The notes under the pieces were generated by a model, which searched no databases, was not told the origin of the DNA, and worked only from the letters and a program-made list of their open reading frames with translations. From contig OZ024741.1 of NCBI GenBank assembly GCA_964016885.1, positions 191,518,001 through 191,582,000 on the forward strand: DNA of 64,000 bases, in the 5' to 3' direction. This stretch comes from Eledone cirrhosa (Eukaryota). This document shows positions 51,193 through 63,418 of this stretch, piece by piece. Position numbers and translations under genes: made by a program. Numbering within the stretch: position 1 is the first letter of the stretch; each line of letters opens with the position of its first letter.

Positions 51193-53037
51193 GTGTCACG
51201 GTCCTTCGCCATCTCCACTGTGAGCTTCAGCAATCTGAGGTCTGTTCTCACCTCCTCCGCCCATGTTTTTCGTGGTCTACCTCTACCACGTCTTCCTTCA
51301 GCTGGCATTTCCTGGCACTTCTATACCCATCGGTCATCCTCCATGCGCATCACATGTCCATACCATCGCAGTCTCCTCTCCCACACACTACATTCTATCC
51401 CTCTCAGACAGCTTCTCTCTCGACAAATCCATGCTGGGTCGTTCACACACATTGACATTACATATCCAACGAAGCATGCTTGCCTCATTTCTCTCCAGCC
51501 GTCGCATATCCTCTGCAGTTGCTGCCCAAGTCTCACTACCATGCAGCATCCTCACATAGGCATCAAATAACCGGCCTTTCGTACACAGGGAGAAACCCTT
51601 CTTCGACAGCAGAGGAAGCAGCTCCCTAAACTTCTTCCAGCCCATCCTTATTCTAGATACTATGGCCTCAGAACACCTCCCTCCCATGCTAATCTGATCT
51701 CCTAGGTACCGGAAGCTATCAACCACTTCTATAGCACCCACCTGCATTTGAAAAATTGTGTCTATCAATGCGACTTCTACTGTCTAATTTCCCTGTACAT
51801 CTACACCATACGTATTTCTCCCTACCTGTTATTTTGCCTACTACATCTCTTGTGTACCCAAGATCTGCATTGTGTGCATTTTATAGAATTTATGCCAGTT
51901 CCTTTTCTGCATATCGAACATGGCTATTTCCCTGACGGAATCCAAGTTTTGTCCACTTTTCTACTCAACACTTTTGTCTTAGCTAGCTTCACTCTCAGTC
52001 CTCTTGATTCCAACTGCTGTTTCTATAGCCAGAATTTATTCACTAGCTCCTCTGCTGATTCTGCTATAAGAACCAGATCGTCAGCATAGAGAAGTTCCCA
52101 TGGAAAGCCAGTCTTAAACTCCTCTGTTATGGCTTGGAGGTCTATAATAAACAAGAACGGGCTGAGGACCGAACCCTGATGTACTTCTACTTGTATCTGG
52201 AATTCCTCACTAAACTCCATTCCTACCCTCACTTTACTGACAGCACCTCTGTATAAAGTTTGCACTGTCCTCACAAGCCATTCCTCAACACCTAGTTTCC
52301 TTAGGGACCACCAGATGACAGATCGGGGTACCCTATCAAAGGCCTTCTCTAGGTCAATAAAAACTAAGTATAGTGGCTTATTCTTCTCTAAGAACCTCTC
52401 TTGTAATTGTCTCACCAAGAAGAGGGCATCTGTTGTACTTTTCCGAGGCACAAAACCAAACTGCATCTCATCTAGTTTGACCCTTTCTCTAATTAGTTGT
52501 GCTAATATCCTTTCTGCCACTTTCATAACCTGATCCATCAGTTTTATACCCCTCTAATTGCTCCTCTCCAGAGCATCCCCTTTACCTTTGTAGCAATTTA
52601 TGACATTACTGCTGCACCAGTCTTTGGGTATGACACCGCCATATATAGCGTGATTGATGATGTGTGCAACCAGTTTAGTGCCTACGTCCCCTGATGCCTT
52701 CAGCATCTCAGCAACTATCACCGACGGTCCAGCGGCCTTACCATTTTTCATTTCCCTAATCGCCTCTTGGACCCTATATTCGTCAATCTCAATAGCTGGT
52801 CCCTCTGTCGGATCTACTGAGGGTAATTTCTCTCTCTCTCATTCGTTCTCCACATTCATCAGTCTCTCATAATGACATTTCCAAGCCTCCTTTTTCTGAT
52901 CATTCATGACACTAAGTACACCGGCATCATCCCGGACACATTTATCTCCAACATCCTGATTTGCATTGACACACTGCCTTGCAATGTGGAACACCGCACG
53001 TCTCTGATCTTCCCGTCGCAGAACATTGGCAAACCTC
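51193..53037 (-). mobile_element. RTE family A fragment
   Basis: RT ORFs closely similar to 46123..47220, with stops. Confidence 0.92.
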
Positions 53038-53676
53038 CTACATATATATATATACATATATACATACATATATCTATATCTATATATATATATATGGTGG
53101 CTGCCAACTCGTTTTCGAGTATGGCCACTACTTTATATCCATGTAGGAGAACCCCTACCGATGCGCTGAACGAGTGTGACTTTTTAGTCCAGCCAGCGAC
53201 TTGAAAACTCTGGTACAAACACTACACTTGTGACAATTATTGACACATAGTGCTGGGCCTATGGTACCATGTGACGACAAGTGCAGAGAGATCTCCAGAT
53301 ATAAAGCAATGCCTGTGCCGTGAAGCTTTTATAGTGAGCAAAGGCACTGCACAAAGCCAGTCCCACTCTCTTAACCAAGATGATATTTACCAAAAAGAAG
53401 AACAAGTCAACATCATTGGAAACATACATATATACATATATACATATATATATACATACATATATATATATATACATATATCAAAATAAATTAACGGAGT
53501 CATAAACTCATGTTGGTCCCTGTAATTTATGAGCTCAAAGGAAAGAGAATCCTGGGCTCTTCAAATATAATATATAGAAAATATAATACACGAGAGAGAG
53601 AGTGTGTGTTTATCAATGTACATTATATTATATATACATATATGCGTAGACACACACACACATATATATATATATA

Positions 53677-54190
53677 CTAGCAGAGGTACCCGGCGTTGCT
53701 CGGATATTAAATAGTAGTTGTGTATACCATTTATATTAATACTTCAGTGCTGCTTTGAAAACTATACTTTTACAAAATGATCGGCTTTTTCCAAAAGGGG
53801 GTTTCTGCCCCCAGGGGTCCTCTACTCAATATATGCCAATTCTGAGAGTTCACATTCATCTGTATGACAAACGTAGCCCATGTGTCAAGTTTTATGAAAA
53901 TTGGTTGCGAACTCCAGAAGTTATGACGTTTTGTTGCATTGCACTACAGTGCTTCAGTTGACTCCAAGGAAGTGGTTAAAGGGGGTTATCTGCCGGGAGG
54001 CCCTATAATAAATATCTGGAAAAATGAAAGTGCCCATGACCATCCGGAGTACATAAGTAACCTATGTTTTAAGTTTGGTGAAAATACTGTAGAAATGCAT
54101 AAAGTTTATACATACGCGCGCGTGCGTGCGTGTGTATTTGTGTGTACGTATGTATGTGTATGTCCGTCGGGGCATACGTATGTACTGGCC
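53677..54190 (-). mobile_element. Non-autonomous Helitron
   Basis: Minus-strand 3' end reads CCGAGCAACGCCGGGTACCTCTGCTAG|T, a hairpin followed by CTAG. The 5' boundary is uncertain. Confidence 0.7.
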
Positions 54191-55040
54191 TAAATCTTCA
54201 CTATTTACTTTTACTATTTTAATAACCTCCGTCATTTTCGTTTTCAAATTTATTTACATTATTCTTAAACTCTGGGGCTGGAAATCATTCTGTTAATTTA
54301 AATAGAATATTAGTCTAACGACTCCATTTAGGATTTGCTTTGAAGTCGCTAGATGTATCTGAGGAACTTGCGAATCCAGAGTCAGGTTCGATCCACAAAT
54401 AGGTCGCACCTCAAGCTGTTTACCAGAGAAACAATTGCAATACGTTAATAAATTGTGTTTCAATGTATCACTGATTCTTCGTTTTCCATATTATTATACT
54501 TTGCTCTGAAGGAGCATAGAGTGCTCAACTGGCATTCCACCTATGGACGCATCGAAGCAACCTTACTACAAATATATATATATATATATATATTCAGTAA
54601 TTAGGAATATTCCAAAGCTTGTGAGGAAAGTTATCAACATACGTTAAGGTGACTCGACAGGTTGGTAGGGATTCTGTGGTGGAAACACGAACAAACGAGG
54701 AGTGTAATCAAAAAAGAGAAATAGGACGAAGGTAAACAGTTACAAAAGGATTTAATCCACGTATTAACAATTGTTTCATCAGAATTTCAGTCCATTATTG
54801 CTACACTATGTCATAATATATATATATTGAACTTTGATTATTGTAATCTCTATATAACTGCTCTGTAAAACAACCGATGTTATTACATTGAGCTATTTAT
54901 CTTACTGGTAATAAGATAGTAATTAATGACTATCTTTCACTATTTAAGGTTTGTATAAAAAATATATTACCATAAAAGGTTTTATTACATACATAACCAT
55001 AAATAGTATCCTTAATACTATATATATATATATATATATA

Positions 55041-56055
55041 TAAGCCACTATACTTAGCATTTGTTGACCTAGAGAGGCCTTTGATAGGGTACTCCGATCT
55101 GTCATCTGGTGGTCCCTAAGAAAACTAGGTGTAGAGGAATGGCTTGTGAGGACAGTGCAAGCTATGTACAGAGGTGCTGTCAGTAAAGTGAGAGTAAGAA
55201 TGGAGTTTAGTGAGGGATTCCAGATACAAGTAGGTGTACATCAGGGTTCGGTCCTCAGCTCTTGTTCATTATAGTCCTTCAAGCCATAACAGAGGAGTTT
55301 CCATGGGAACTTCTCTATGCTGATGATATGGTTCTTATAGCAGAATCAGTAGAGGAGCTAAAGAAGAAATTCTGGCTATAGAAACAGCAGTTGGAATCAA
55401 GAGGGCTGAGGGTCAACATAGCCAAGACAAAAGTGTTGATAAGTAGAAGAGAGGACAATACTCTGATTCCATCAGGAAAATAGCCATGTTCGATATGCAC
55501 ATAGTATCTAGAATAAGGATGGGTTGGAAGAAGTTTAGGGAGTTGTTTCCTCTGGTGACAAAGAAGGGTTTCTCCCTGCGTATGAAAGGATGCTTATATG
55601 AAGCCTGTGTGAGATGCGTGATGATTCATGGTAGAGAGACATGGGCAGCAACTGCAGAGGATATGCGACGGCTGGAGAGAAATGAAGCAAGCATGCTCCA
55701 TTGGATGTGCAATGTCAATGTGCGTGAACGACCAAGCATAGACAAGTTGAGAAAGAAACTGGGTATAAGAGGGATAAGTTGTGGTGTGCAAGAGAGAAGA
55801 CTGAGATGGTGTGGACATGAGATGCGCATGGAGGATGACCGCTGGGTAAAGAAGTGCCAAGAAATCCCAGTAGAAGGAAGACGCAGCAGAGGAAGACCAC
55901 AAAAAAGATGGGCGGAGATGGTGAGAGCAGACCTCAGATCACTGAAACTCACGGAGATGACGAAGGACCGTGACAAGTGGAGAGATGCTGTGCTGAATAG
56001 GACCCGTCCCACCCTTGCAATCAGGGAAAAAGCGGACGTAAAATGATGATGATGA
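55041..56055 (+). mobile_element. RTE family A fragment with internal deletions
   Basis: ORF 55486..56046 is the C-terminus. The PHD segment is deleted at about 55500. (GAT)n tail present. Confidence 0.9.
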
Positions 56056-56074
56056 TATAGATATATATATATAT

Positions 56075-56552
56075 ATATATAAAATATGTGTGTATGTCCG
56101 TGCCCACATAACTTTTAGAGTTTGAAACCGATTTTCTTCAAATTTGAAACTAACATGCATTATGTTCCCAGAAGTGTTGTGGACTCATAAAATTTTAAAG
56201 TTTTTGTCTAATGCGGCCTCTAGGTGGACGAAGGCTGTCTCTGAATGACTGTGACAATCACGTCACATGTGCGAAACTTAAATAATTTTTGGTTAACATT
56301 TTACTCATCTTGGTGGGTTTCATACTCTTTCCTTAGATAATGCCTCCAAGGGCTACGTATGTTCTACAGATGAATTGGAACACTCAGAATTGGTGCATAT
56401 TGAGTAGGGGACCCCTGGGGGAAGGAACCCCCTTTTGGAAAAAGCTGATGATTTTGTAAAAGTATAGTTTTCGAAGCAGCACTGAAGTATTGACATAAAT
56501 GGTATACACAACTGCTATTTAATACCCGAGCAACGCCGGGTACCTCTGCTAG
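56075..56552 (+). mobile_element. Non-autonomous Helitron
   Basis: Ends CCCGAGCAACGCCGGGTACCTCTGCTAG|T. The last ~190 bp is shared with 53677-53870 in inverted orientation. Confidence 0.72.
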
Positions 56553-57564
56553 TTTTTTGATAAAAGAAATAAAAACCAATAGGCTATGTACCCTAAAGGG
56601 ACGCAACACACATATCGTTATAGTGTTTAACAAGCCGTTTCCTTCCTCAATAAATTAATGTGTGTGTGTAATAATTATTTTGTATAATGTATAATTTATG
56701 AATATATATAAGTAGATTTGGTGGGGGCTTGTACTTCTAGTGTCTGTATCTGTTTATGTATTTACGTGTAGATATGTGTATATGTAACTTAAGCGTAACG
56801 TACGTTACGAATTGAAAACTAACCGATTTTAACTGGGGTTTTTTTGACAATTGATGGTGGAAAAGATTTCAAATTGTCTTAACTCTGATCGTAAAAGGCC
56901 GCAATCATCGTCTGCCACTCTTACCGGCTACATAGCCTGGTAGTCTAATTTATCGGGACCAGCTACATAGGTTCTTCCAAATAAAAATGAACAAAAAATG
57001 CCTTTAACAATTAAAGTAAACAACATTGTGAAATTATGTACTTCCCTAATAATTATACTGCAAAAATGTAATTTTCACGTTTTCATTGGTCAATTTAAGT
57101 CATGCAATTTGTACATCACAAAGGGACGGAAGAAATATATGTAGAGAGAATTTCTACTTTATAAATTCTTTGGTTGTATCTACTTTAGCATGTTTATTGC
57201 GTGGCTGTTAGGTATTTGTACTCGCATTTGATGTGGCGACAAAATAACAGGAAAATAATTGTTTCTGCCGCATCTTTCCTCCGGAAGTACCTATTTAAAC
57301 AAGTCTGTTTACTTTAATGATAAATTACAATTTTGTCTGGTTTCTTTCTTTTCTTTTTTAAAAAAAACTGTAATTAAGTGTGAAGCTGAGTACAGGTAAT
57401 TAGTCCTACAAACGGTGGTCTTCTACACAGTTTTCCTCTACCAAATTCCATCTGCAAGGTATATTTCATTTTTATACTTTACCGTTACATCAAATATTCA
57501 TTATATGGGTCTTGAATATCAAATTTGTTTTGTAAGTTCTTTATAATATTCCATTTTATGACCA

Positions 57565-58070
57565 TCTTTCTCATATAATTGTTTCTACTTTTGGCACAGC
57601 AATTATCCTAGTGTATTACTGGTACTTTATTTTATCGACCCCGTAAGGATGAAAGGCAAAGTTAACCTCGGCGGGATTTGAACTCAGACCATAAAGGGCC
57701 GTAACTCTTTGCTGCAAAGCATGGCGTCCGACCCTCTACCGATACTGCCAATCCACCGCTCTTTCTCATATAATTGTTTCTACTTTTTGGCACAAGGCCA
57801 GCAAATTATCTCAGTGTATTACTGGTACTTTATTTTATCGACCCGGTGAGGATGAAAGGCAAAGTTAATCTCTTTCTCATATAATTGTTTCTACTTTAGG
57901 CACAAGGCCAGCAATTACCCAGTGCATTACTGGTACTTTATTTTATCGACCCCGTAAGGATGAAAGGCAAAGTCAACCTCGGCGGGATTTGAACTCAGAT
58001 CGTAAAGGGACGTAACTATGCTGGAAAGCATGGCGTCCGACCCTCTACCGATACTGCTAATCCACCGCCC
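57565..58070 (-). mobile_element. Array of three family-1 SINEs (middle copy truncated)
   Basis: Each copy is preceded by tctttctcatataat. Confidence 0.88.
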
Positions 58071-59091
58071 TGTGATGGAATATTTGCTTACATGAAAACA
58101 ATTCATATACACTGCTGAATAAGGAATTTCAATCTAGAAATTTAAAGGATAGTCTCAGTTGCATGAAGTTTTCCCCCAGCCATCATATTCAGACTGCAAT
58201 ACTATTTGTATATATATAGTTTATGTAATACTCCCCTCAGATATCCTTGGCTTACATAATTGTAATATAGGAAAGAATAATGTGCTGATTATGTGTGTCA
58301 GATATCCTTGGCTTTCCTATATTTATATCTAACAATTTGTAGTTTAGTCAACTTGTTAAGTGAATATGTTTCACTGGGGAGATCTAATAAAATCGAAATA
58401 TGTATTTCGATTTCATCAAGGTTATATACATTGTCCACTCCCACTGTATTGTCTTAAATTGTTATAAACAACTTGGACTAGCTAAAGCCATACTTGTTTT
58501 TCATCACTTGAATACACGTAAAGGGAGATTCGGTCTTGGAATTCGGACTGTAATCATCATATAATTCTGCTTGTTTCGTTCGTCATGCTTTCGTAAGTTA
58601 CACAAACACATCTGCGCGTAAATACATAAACAAATACACAGACAACCGAAGTACACACACCATTCATAGAACGCAACGCTGTGTATGTATCTATGTAATG
58701 TCTGAGAAAGGAAGGGGGGGGGGGGGGGTGAAACGCTATGTATGTGTGTTTGTGTTAGTATATGTGTGTGATAGTATGTGTTTGCGCGTTTATATTTGAG
58801 AGTATGTGTGTTTGCGCGTAACCCATACATAGAACGCTGTGTATATAATAATTGTGTAGATGTGTGTGAATGTATGTATGTGTGTTTGTGTTAGTAAATG
58901 TGTGTAAGAAGATATACATAACGACTGCAGTTGCAAGGTGTAGAGTGTACCCCTTGCATTCGCGGAGTTTCTTTAGAACCTAACAAATAATTGTTCGTTG
59001 AAACCACCTCATATTCACGGAATCTAAATTTTTCTTCCGCGAGTTTTGAAGGCAATATATAATTTTTTAATGCTAAATTATTAATAACAAT

Positions 59092-59963
59092 ATTAGCAGA
59101 AAAACCACCCTTCGGTGTTTTTCTGCTAGCATGTGTAGTGTACATATTGATATTATACGCAAATATATATGCATATAGATATGATACGTCAAATAAAATC
59201 GTAATTGACTATAATGCACAGAAATTGAACGAAGTCTGTGTTACACTGTCTTCTGTAATCAGTAAAGTAATCCATGATACACTAAAAAAAAGACAAGGCA
59301 CTGTCAGGGTATTAGCTGTCAGAAGTGAAAGTAAGCGAAGGTGACGAATGACGTCACCTTCGCCTACTTTCACTTCTGACATCTAATACCATGACAGTGC
59401 CAAAGACAATATTATATATAAACTGCATATATGATAAACTAAGATGTTATGATAAAGGAGAAAATTAGCGACGGAAATATAAACCTTATATAACGATGCG
59501 AATATATGAACGTTTATATAAGCGATGTGATGGCTGTTAGTTATGATATAAGGGACGCTAACCGGAAGTATTGACATTTGAAAATTTTAAAGAACTGAAT
59601 GTTAAAATAAGCAATACTTTATGTATAAGAATATTTATGTTTAATGAAGAGCTACGAAATTTAGTAGATAAATTACATAATATTCATTCATTATTTATCG
59701 GTAGAGGGTCGGATCCATGCTTTGACGTATAGAGTTACGGCCCTTGCCATTCTGAGTTCAAATCCCGCCGAGGTTAACTTTGCCTTTCATCCTTACTGGG
59801 TCGATAAAATAAAGTACCAGTAATGCTCTGGGTAATTGCTGGCCTTGTGCCAAAAGTAGAAACAATTATTTATTCAAAGTAATCCAACTTATTTTACTAA
59901 CGGAATAAAAAATATAAAACGGACGCTGTCCTGCACTCCTCCCTTTATTATATTATAGATAGA
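59092..59963 (-). mobile_element. Non-autonomous Helitron copy 1, containing a MITE and a SINE
   Basis: Minus-strand start TCTATCTATAATATAATAAA at about 59963. Subterminal hairpin GCAGAAAAACCACC..GGTGTTTTTCTGC at about 59095-59130. Confidence 0.72.
59297..59401. mobile_element. 105-bp foldback MITE with 8-bp TSD (Merlin- or MULE-like)
   Basis: GGCACTGTCA...TGACAGTGCC, palindromic throughout. AAAGACAA is duplicated on both sides. The empty site is seen in the neighbouring paralogous units. Confidence 0.85.
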
Positions 59964-59993
59964 CTAGCAGAAAAACCACCCACCGGGTGGTTT

Positions 59994-61020
59994 TCTGCTA
60001 GCATGTGTAGTGTGTATATTGATATTATACGCAAGTATATATGCATGTAGATATGATACATCAAATAAAACCGTAATTGACAATATACACAGAAATTGAA
60101 CGAAGACTGTGTTACACTTTCTTCTATAATCAGTAACGTAATCCATGATATTAAAAAAAGACGATATTATATATCTGCTAGCATGTGTAGTATGTATATT
60201 GATATTATACGCAAGTATATATGCATGTAGATATGATCAAATAAAATCCTAATTGACAATATACACAGAAATTGAACGAAGACTGTTACACTGTCTTATG
60301 TAATCAGTAACGTAATCCATGATACATTAAAAAACGACGATATTATATATCTGCTATATGCATGTAGATATGATCAAATAAAATCCTAATTGACAATATA
60401 CACAGAAATTGAACGAAGACTGTTACACTGTCTTATGTAATCAGTAACGTAATCCATGATACATTAAAAAACGACGATATTATATATCTGCTAGCATGTG
60501 TAGTGTGTATATTGATATTATACGCAAGTATATATGCATGTAGATATGATCAAATAAAATCCTAATTGACAATATACACAGAAATTGAACGAAGACTGTT
60601 ACACTGTCTTATGTAATCAGTAACGTAATCCATGATACATTAAAAAAAGACGATATTATATATCTGCTAGCATGTGTAGTGTGTATATTGATATTATACG
60701 CAAGTATATATGCATGTAGATATGATACATCAAATAAAATCGTAATTAACAATATACACAGAAATTGAACGAAGACTGTGCTACACTTTCTTCTATAATC
60801 AGTAACGTAATCCATGATATTAAAAAAAGACGATATTATATATCTGCTAGCATGTGTAGTGTGTATATTGATATTATACCCAAGTATATATGCATGTAGA
60901 TATGATCAAATAAAATCCTAATTGACAATATACACAGAAATTGAACGAAGACTGTTACACTGTCTTATGTAATCAGTAACGTAATCCATGATACATTAAA
61001 AAAAGACGATATTATATATA
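59994..61020. repeat. Six-unit ~178-bp tandem array
   Basis: Units start with ctgcta at about 59994, 60175, 60350 (internally deleted), 60488, 60664 and 60844. Confidence 0.92.
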
Positions 61021-61209
61021 AACTGCATTAGGAGAAAATTAGTGACAGAAATATATGAATATTTATTTAAATGATCGCTAACCGGAAGTGTTGACATTTG
61101 AAAATTTTAAAGAAGTGAATCTTTAAATAAGTAATAAAATATATTTAATGAACAGCCACGAAATTTAGTAGATAAATTATGTAATATTCATTCATTATTT
61201 ATTCAAAGT

Positions 61210-61409
61210 CGGTGGATTGGCAGTATCGGTAGAGGGTCGGACGCCATGCTTTGACGCATAGAGTTACGGCCCTTTCCATTCTGAGTTCAAATCCCGCCGA
61301 GGTTAACTTTGCCTTTCATCCTTACGGGGTCGATAAAATAAAGTACCAGTCATGTACTGGGTTATTGCTGGCCTTGTGCCAAAAGTAGAAACAATTATTT
61401 ATTCAAAGT
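61210..61409 (+). mobile_element. Family-1 SINE inside Helitron copy 2
   Basis: Full head and tail, flanked by the TSD attatttattcaaagt. Confidence 0.88.
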
Positions 61410-61499
61410 AATCCAACTTATTTTACTAAGGGGATAAAAAAATTATAAACCGTACGGAGTCATGCGTTTCTTACTTTATTATAGTTTAGATTACTGCAG

Positions 61500-63310
61500 G
61501 AAGCTGCTACCCACTGCATGCCAACACAACTTTGTATGGTGTTCGCTGATCTGTGCCAGCCAATGCACTGCAATTTTGGAACACACATAAGGAATCAATG
61601 ATTGAGAATTATTTGCATCAAGGAATGGATGGTCAGTAAGCTGAAAATATGGCACTTGGTTACATTAACACAATATTCATTGAAAACGGTACCAACTGCG
61701 CATGACTGGGACTACCTCAGCCCATTGGATGCTTCAACCTGATCCTCAAGTTGACATCAACCACCCTGATATTGCTTCTCTTACTGAAGAGCACAACAAA
61801 TGACAGCTGACGTTCTTCAACAGAGAAGAAAAGGTAAAAAGCCAGTACATACCTGCTTCTATGCAAATGCACCTGGAGGTTGTGACAATACACTGATGTT
61901 TCACCTCCAGATGAATAACTATCAGGTATGTTGCCGTGCTTGGACTGGCATAGCATCTACACTGTTGCTGGGAAGTAGAATTGTGCACAGTTTATTCAAA
62001 TTACCTGTTCCACAAAGAGAGACCAGTGTATGTAATGTGTCTGGCTTATCTGACCATGCCAATTACTTATGGAACCTGGATCTCATAATACTGGATTCCT
62101 TCCCATCCAATTCATGCCTTTCATAAGTGCCTTCAAGACATCACTGGTGTCAATGAAATGTTTGGAGGAAAGGTTTTGCTTTTGGAAGGTGATTTCAGGC
62201 AACTGCTGCCAATATTATTGAAGCCACATTAGAAATATGCCTTGAAAACTTCCATCTGTGGCACTTCTTTCAACATTTTAGATTAAGCAATAATTGTTTC
62301 TACTTTTGGCACAAGGCCAGCAATTACCCAGTGTACTACTGGTACTTTATTTTATCGAACCCGTAAGGATGAAAGGCAAAGTTAACCTCGGCGATATTTG
62401 AACTCAGAATGACAAGGGCCGTAACTCAATGCGTCAAAGCATGGCGTCCGACCCTCTACCGTTACTGCCAATCCACCGCCCTCTTTTAAATTTTAGATTA
62501 AGCAATAATGTCAGAGTAAGAGAATATCAGAGTTTGTGAAGTGACTGCTACATCGTAGTAATTGAACAACACCTCCAATTGAAGGACAATATGAATAAAG
62601 ATGATGTTGAAGTGCCTCCATTATCATGTGTAAATAACTGTTTAGTGAAACACATTTTCAATGATACTACGCAACAAGAGAAAAGAACGTGTCATTTCAT
62701 CTCCCAAGAATGCTGATTGCCTATTAATCAATGAAGGGGTTCTCAGACAACACCCTGGTAACAGCCATACTTATTATAGTGCAGATAGCGAGCTCACTGA
62801 TTAGCCTTCAGAGGCAGACACATATTCTGCTGAATTTCTGAACTCGCTTACACCTTCAGGGATGCTGCTTCACTTACTCCAATTAAAAACAGGATCGTTA
62901 ATAATGCTTCTACGGAATATTTGAATCCAGAACAGATTATGCAATGGCACAAGATTAGAAGTAGTGGGACTGCGTCAGCATTTTATCGAAGCTTCTCATA
63001 TCAGTGGTTCGTTGATGGGCAGGCGTCTTTTGATCCCAGAACTGAAGTTCACCTCCCATTGATCCCAACATCCTTTTTACTTTGGAAAGAGCCCAGTTTC
63101 CAGTAAGTTTGTTATATGCTATGACAATCAACAAGAGTGGGTCAGTTCCTTCCTGAGCCAGTATTTAGCCATGGGCAATTGTACGTCACTTTTTCAAGAG
63201 TTCACAGACAGTCAGATGTAAAAATTAAAGCATTGAACACTGATAAGCAAGGAAGGTGAGGTAATAAAACTGTGACAAAGAACATTGGATCCAAACAGCT
63301 ATTAAAATAA
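61500..63310 (+). pseudogene. Helitron RepHel Pif1-type helicase relic
   Basis: Contains ANAPGGCDNT (decayed Walker A), AWTGIASTLL...HSLFKLP, FGGKVLLLEGDFRQLLP, LNSLTPSG, IMLLRN, LCNGTRL, QFPV..YAMTINKS and VFSHGQLYVTFSRV. Many stops. Confidence 0.9.
62291..62489 (-). mobile_element. Family-1 SINE inserted in the Helitron helicase relic
   Basis: 20-bp TSD attttagattaagcaataat at 62275-62294 and 62490-62509. Confidence 0.92.
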
Positions 63311-63418
63311 TTCTGAGCCAATTTCAAGTTGCAATAGAATTGAGACTAATCAGGTAAATAAAAAGATTGTATATTCTCTATATCGTTTTGTATTTGTATA
63401 TAATTGTTCCTACTTTTG

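Larger units (their letters stand above)
59964..61490 (-). mobile_element. Non-autonomous Helitron copy 2, with internal satellite and SINE
   Basis: 3' CTAG at 59964-59967 with a hairpin, and 5' TCTAAACTATAATAAAG near 61490. Collinear with copy 1. Confidence 0.75.

Noticed and set aside
56780-58620. Possible promoter or first exon of another gene (CpG-richer patches, CCGGAAGT at about 57281, GTAAGT at about 58592)
   Set aside because: No coding or downstream exon support in the window, and the motifs are too short to call.
59994-61020. CRISPR-like array
   Set aside because: The units are contiguous ~178-bp repeats with no unique spacers, there are no cas genes, and the context is eukaryotic.
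61500-63310. Host PIF1 gene
   Set aside because: It is intronless, full of stops, has a broken Walker A, is interrupted by a SINE and has Helitron-type motifs.
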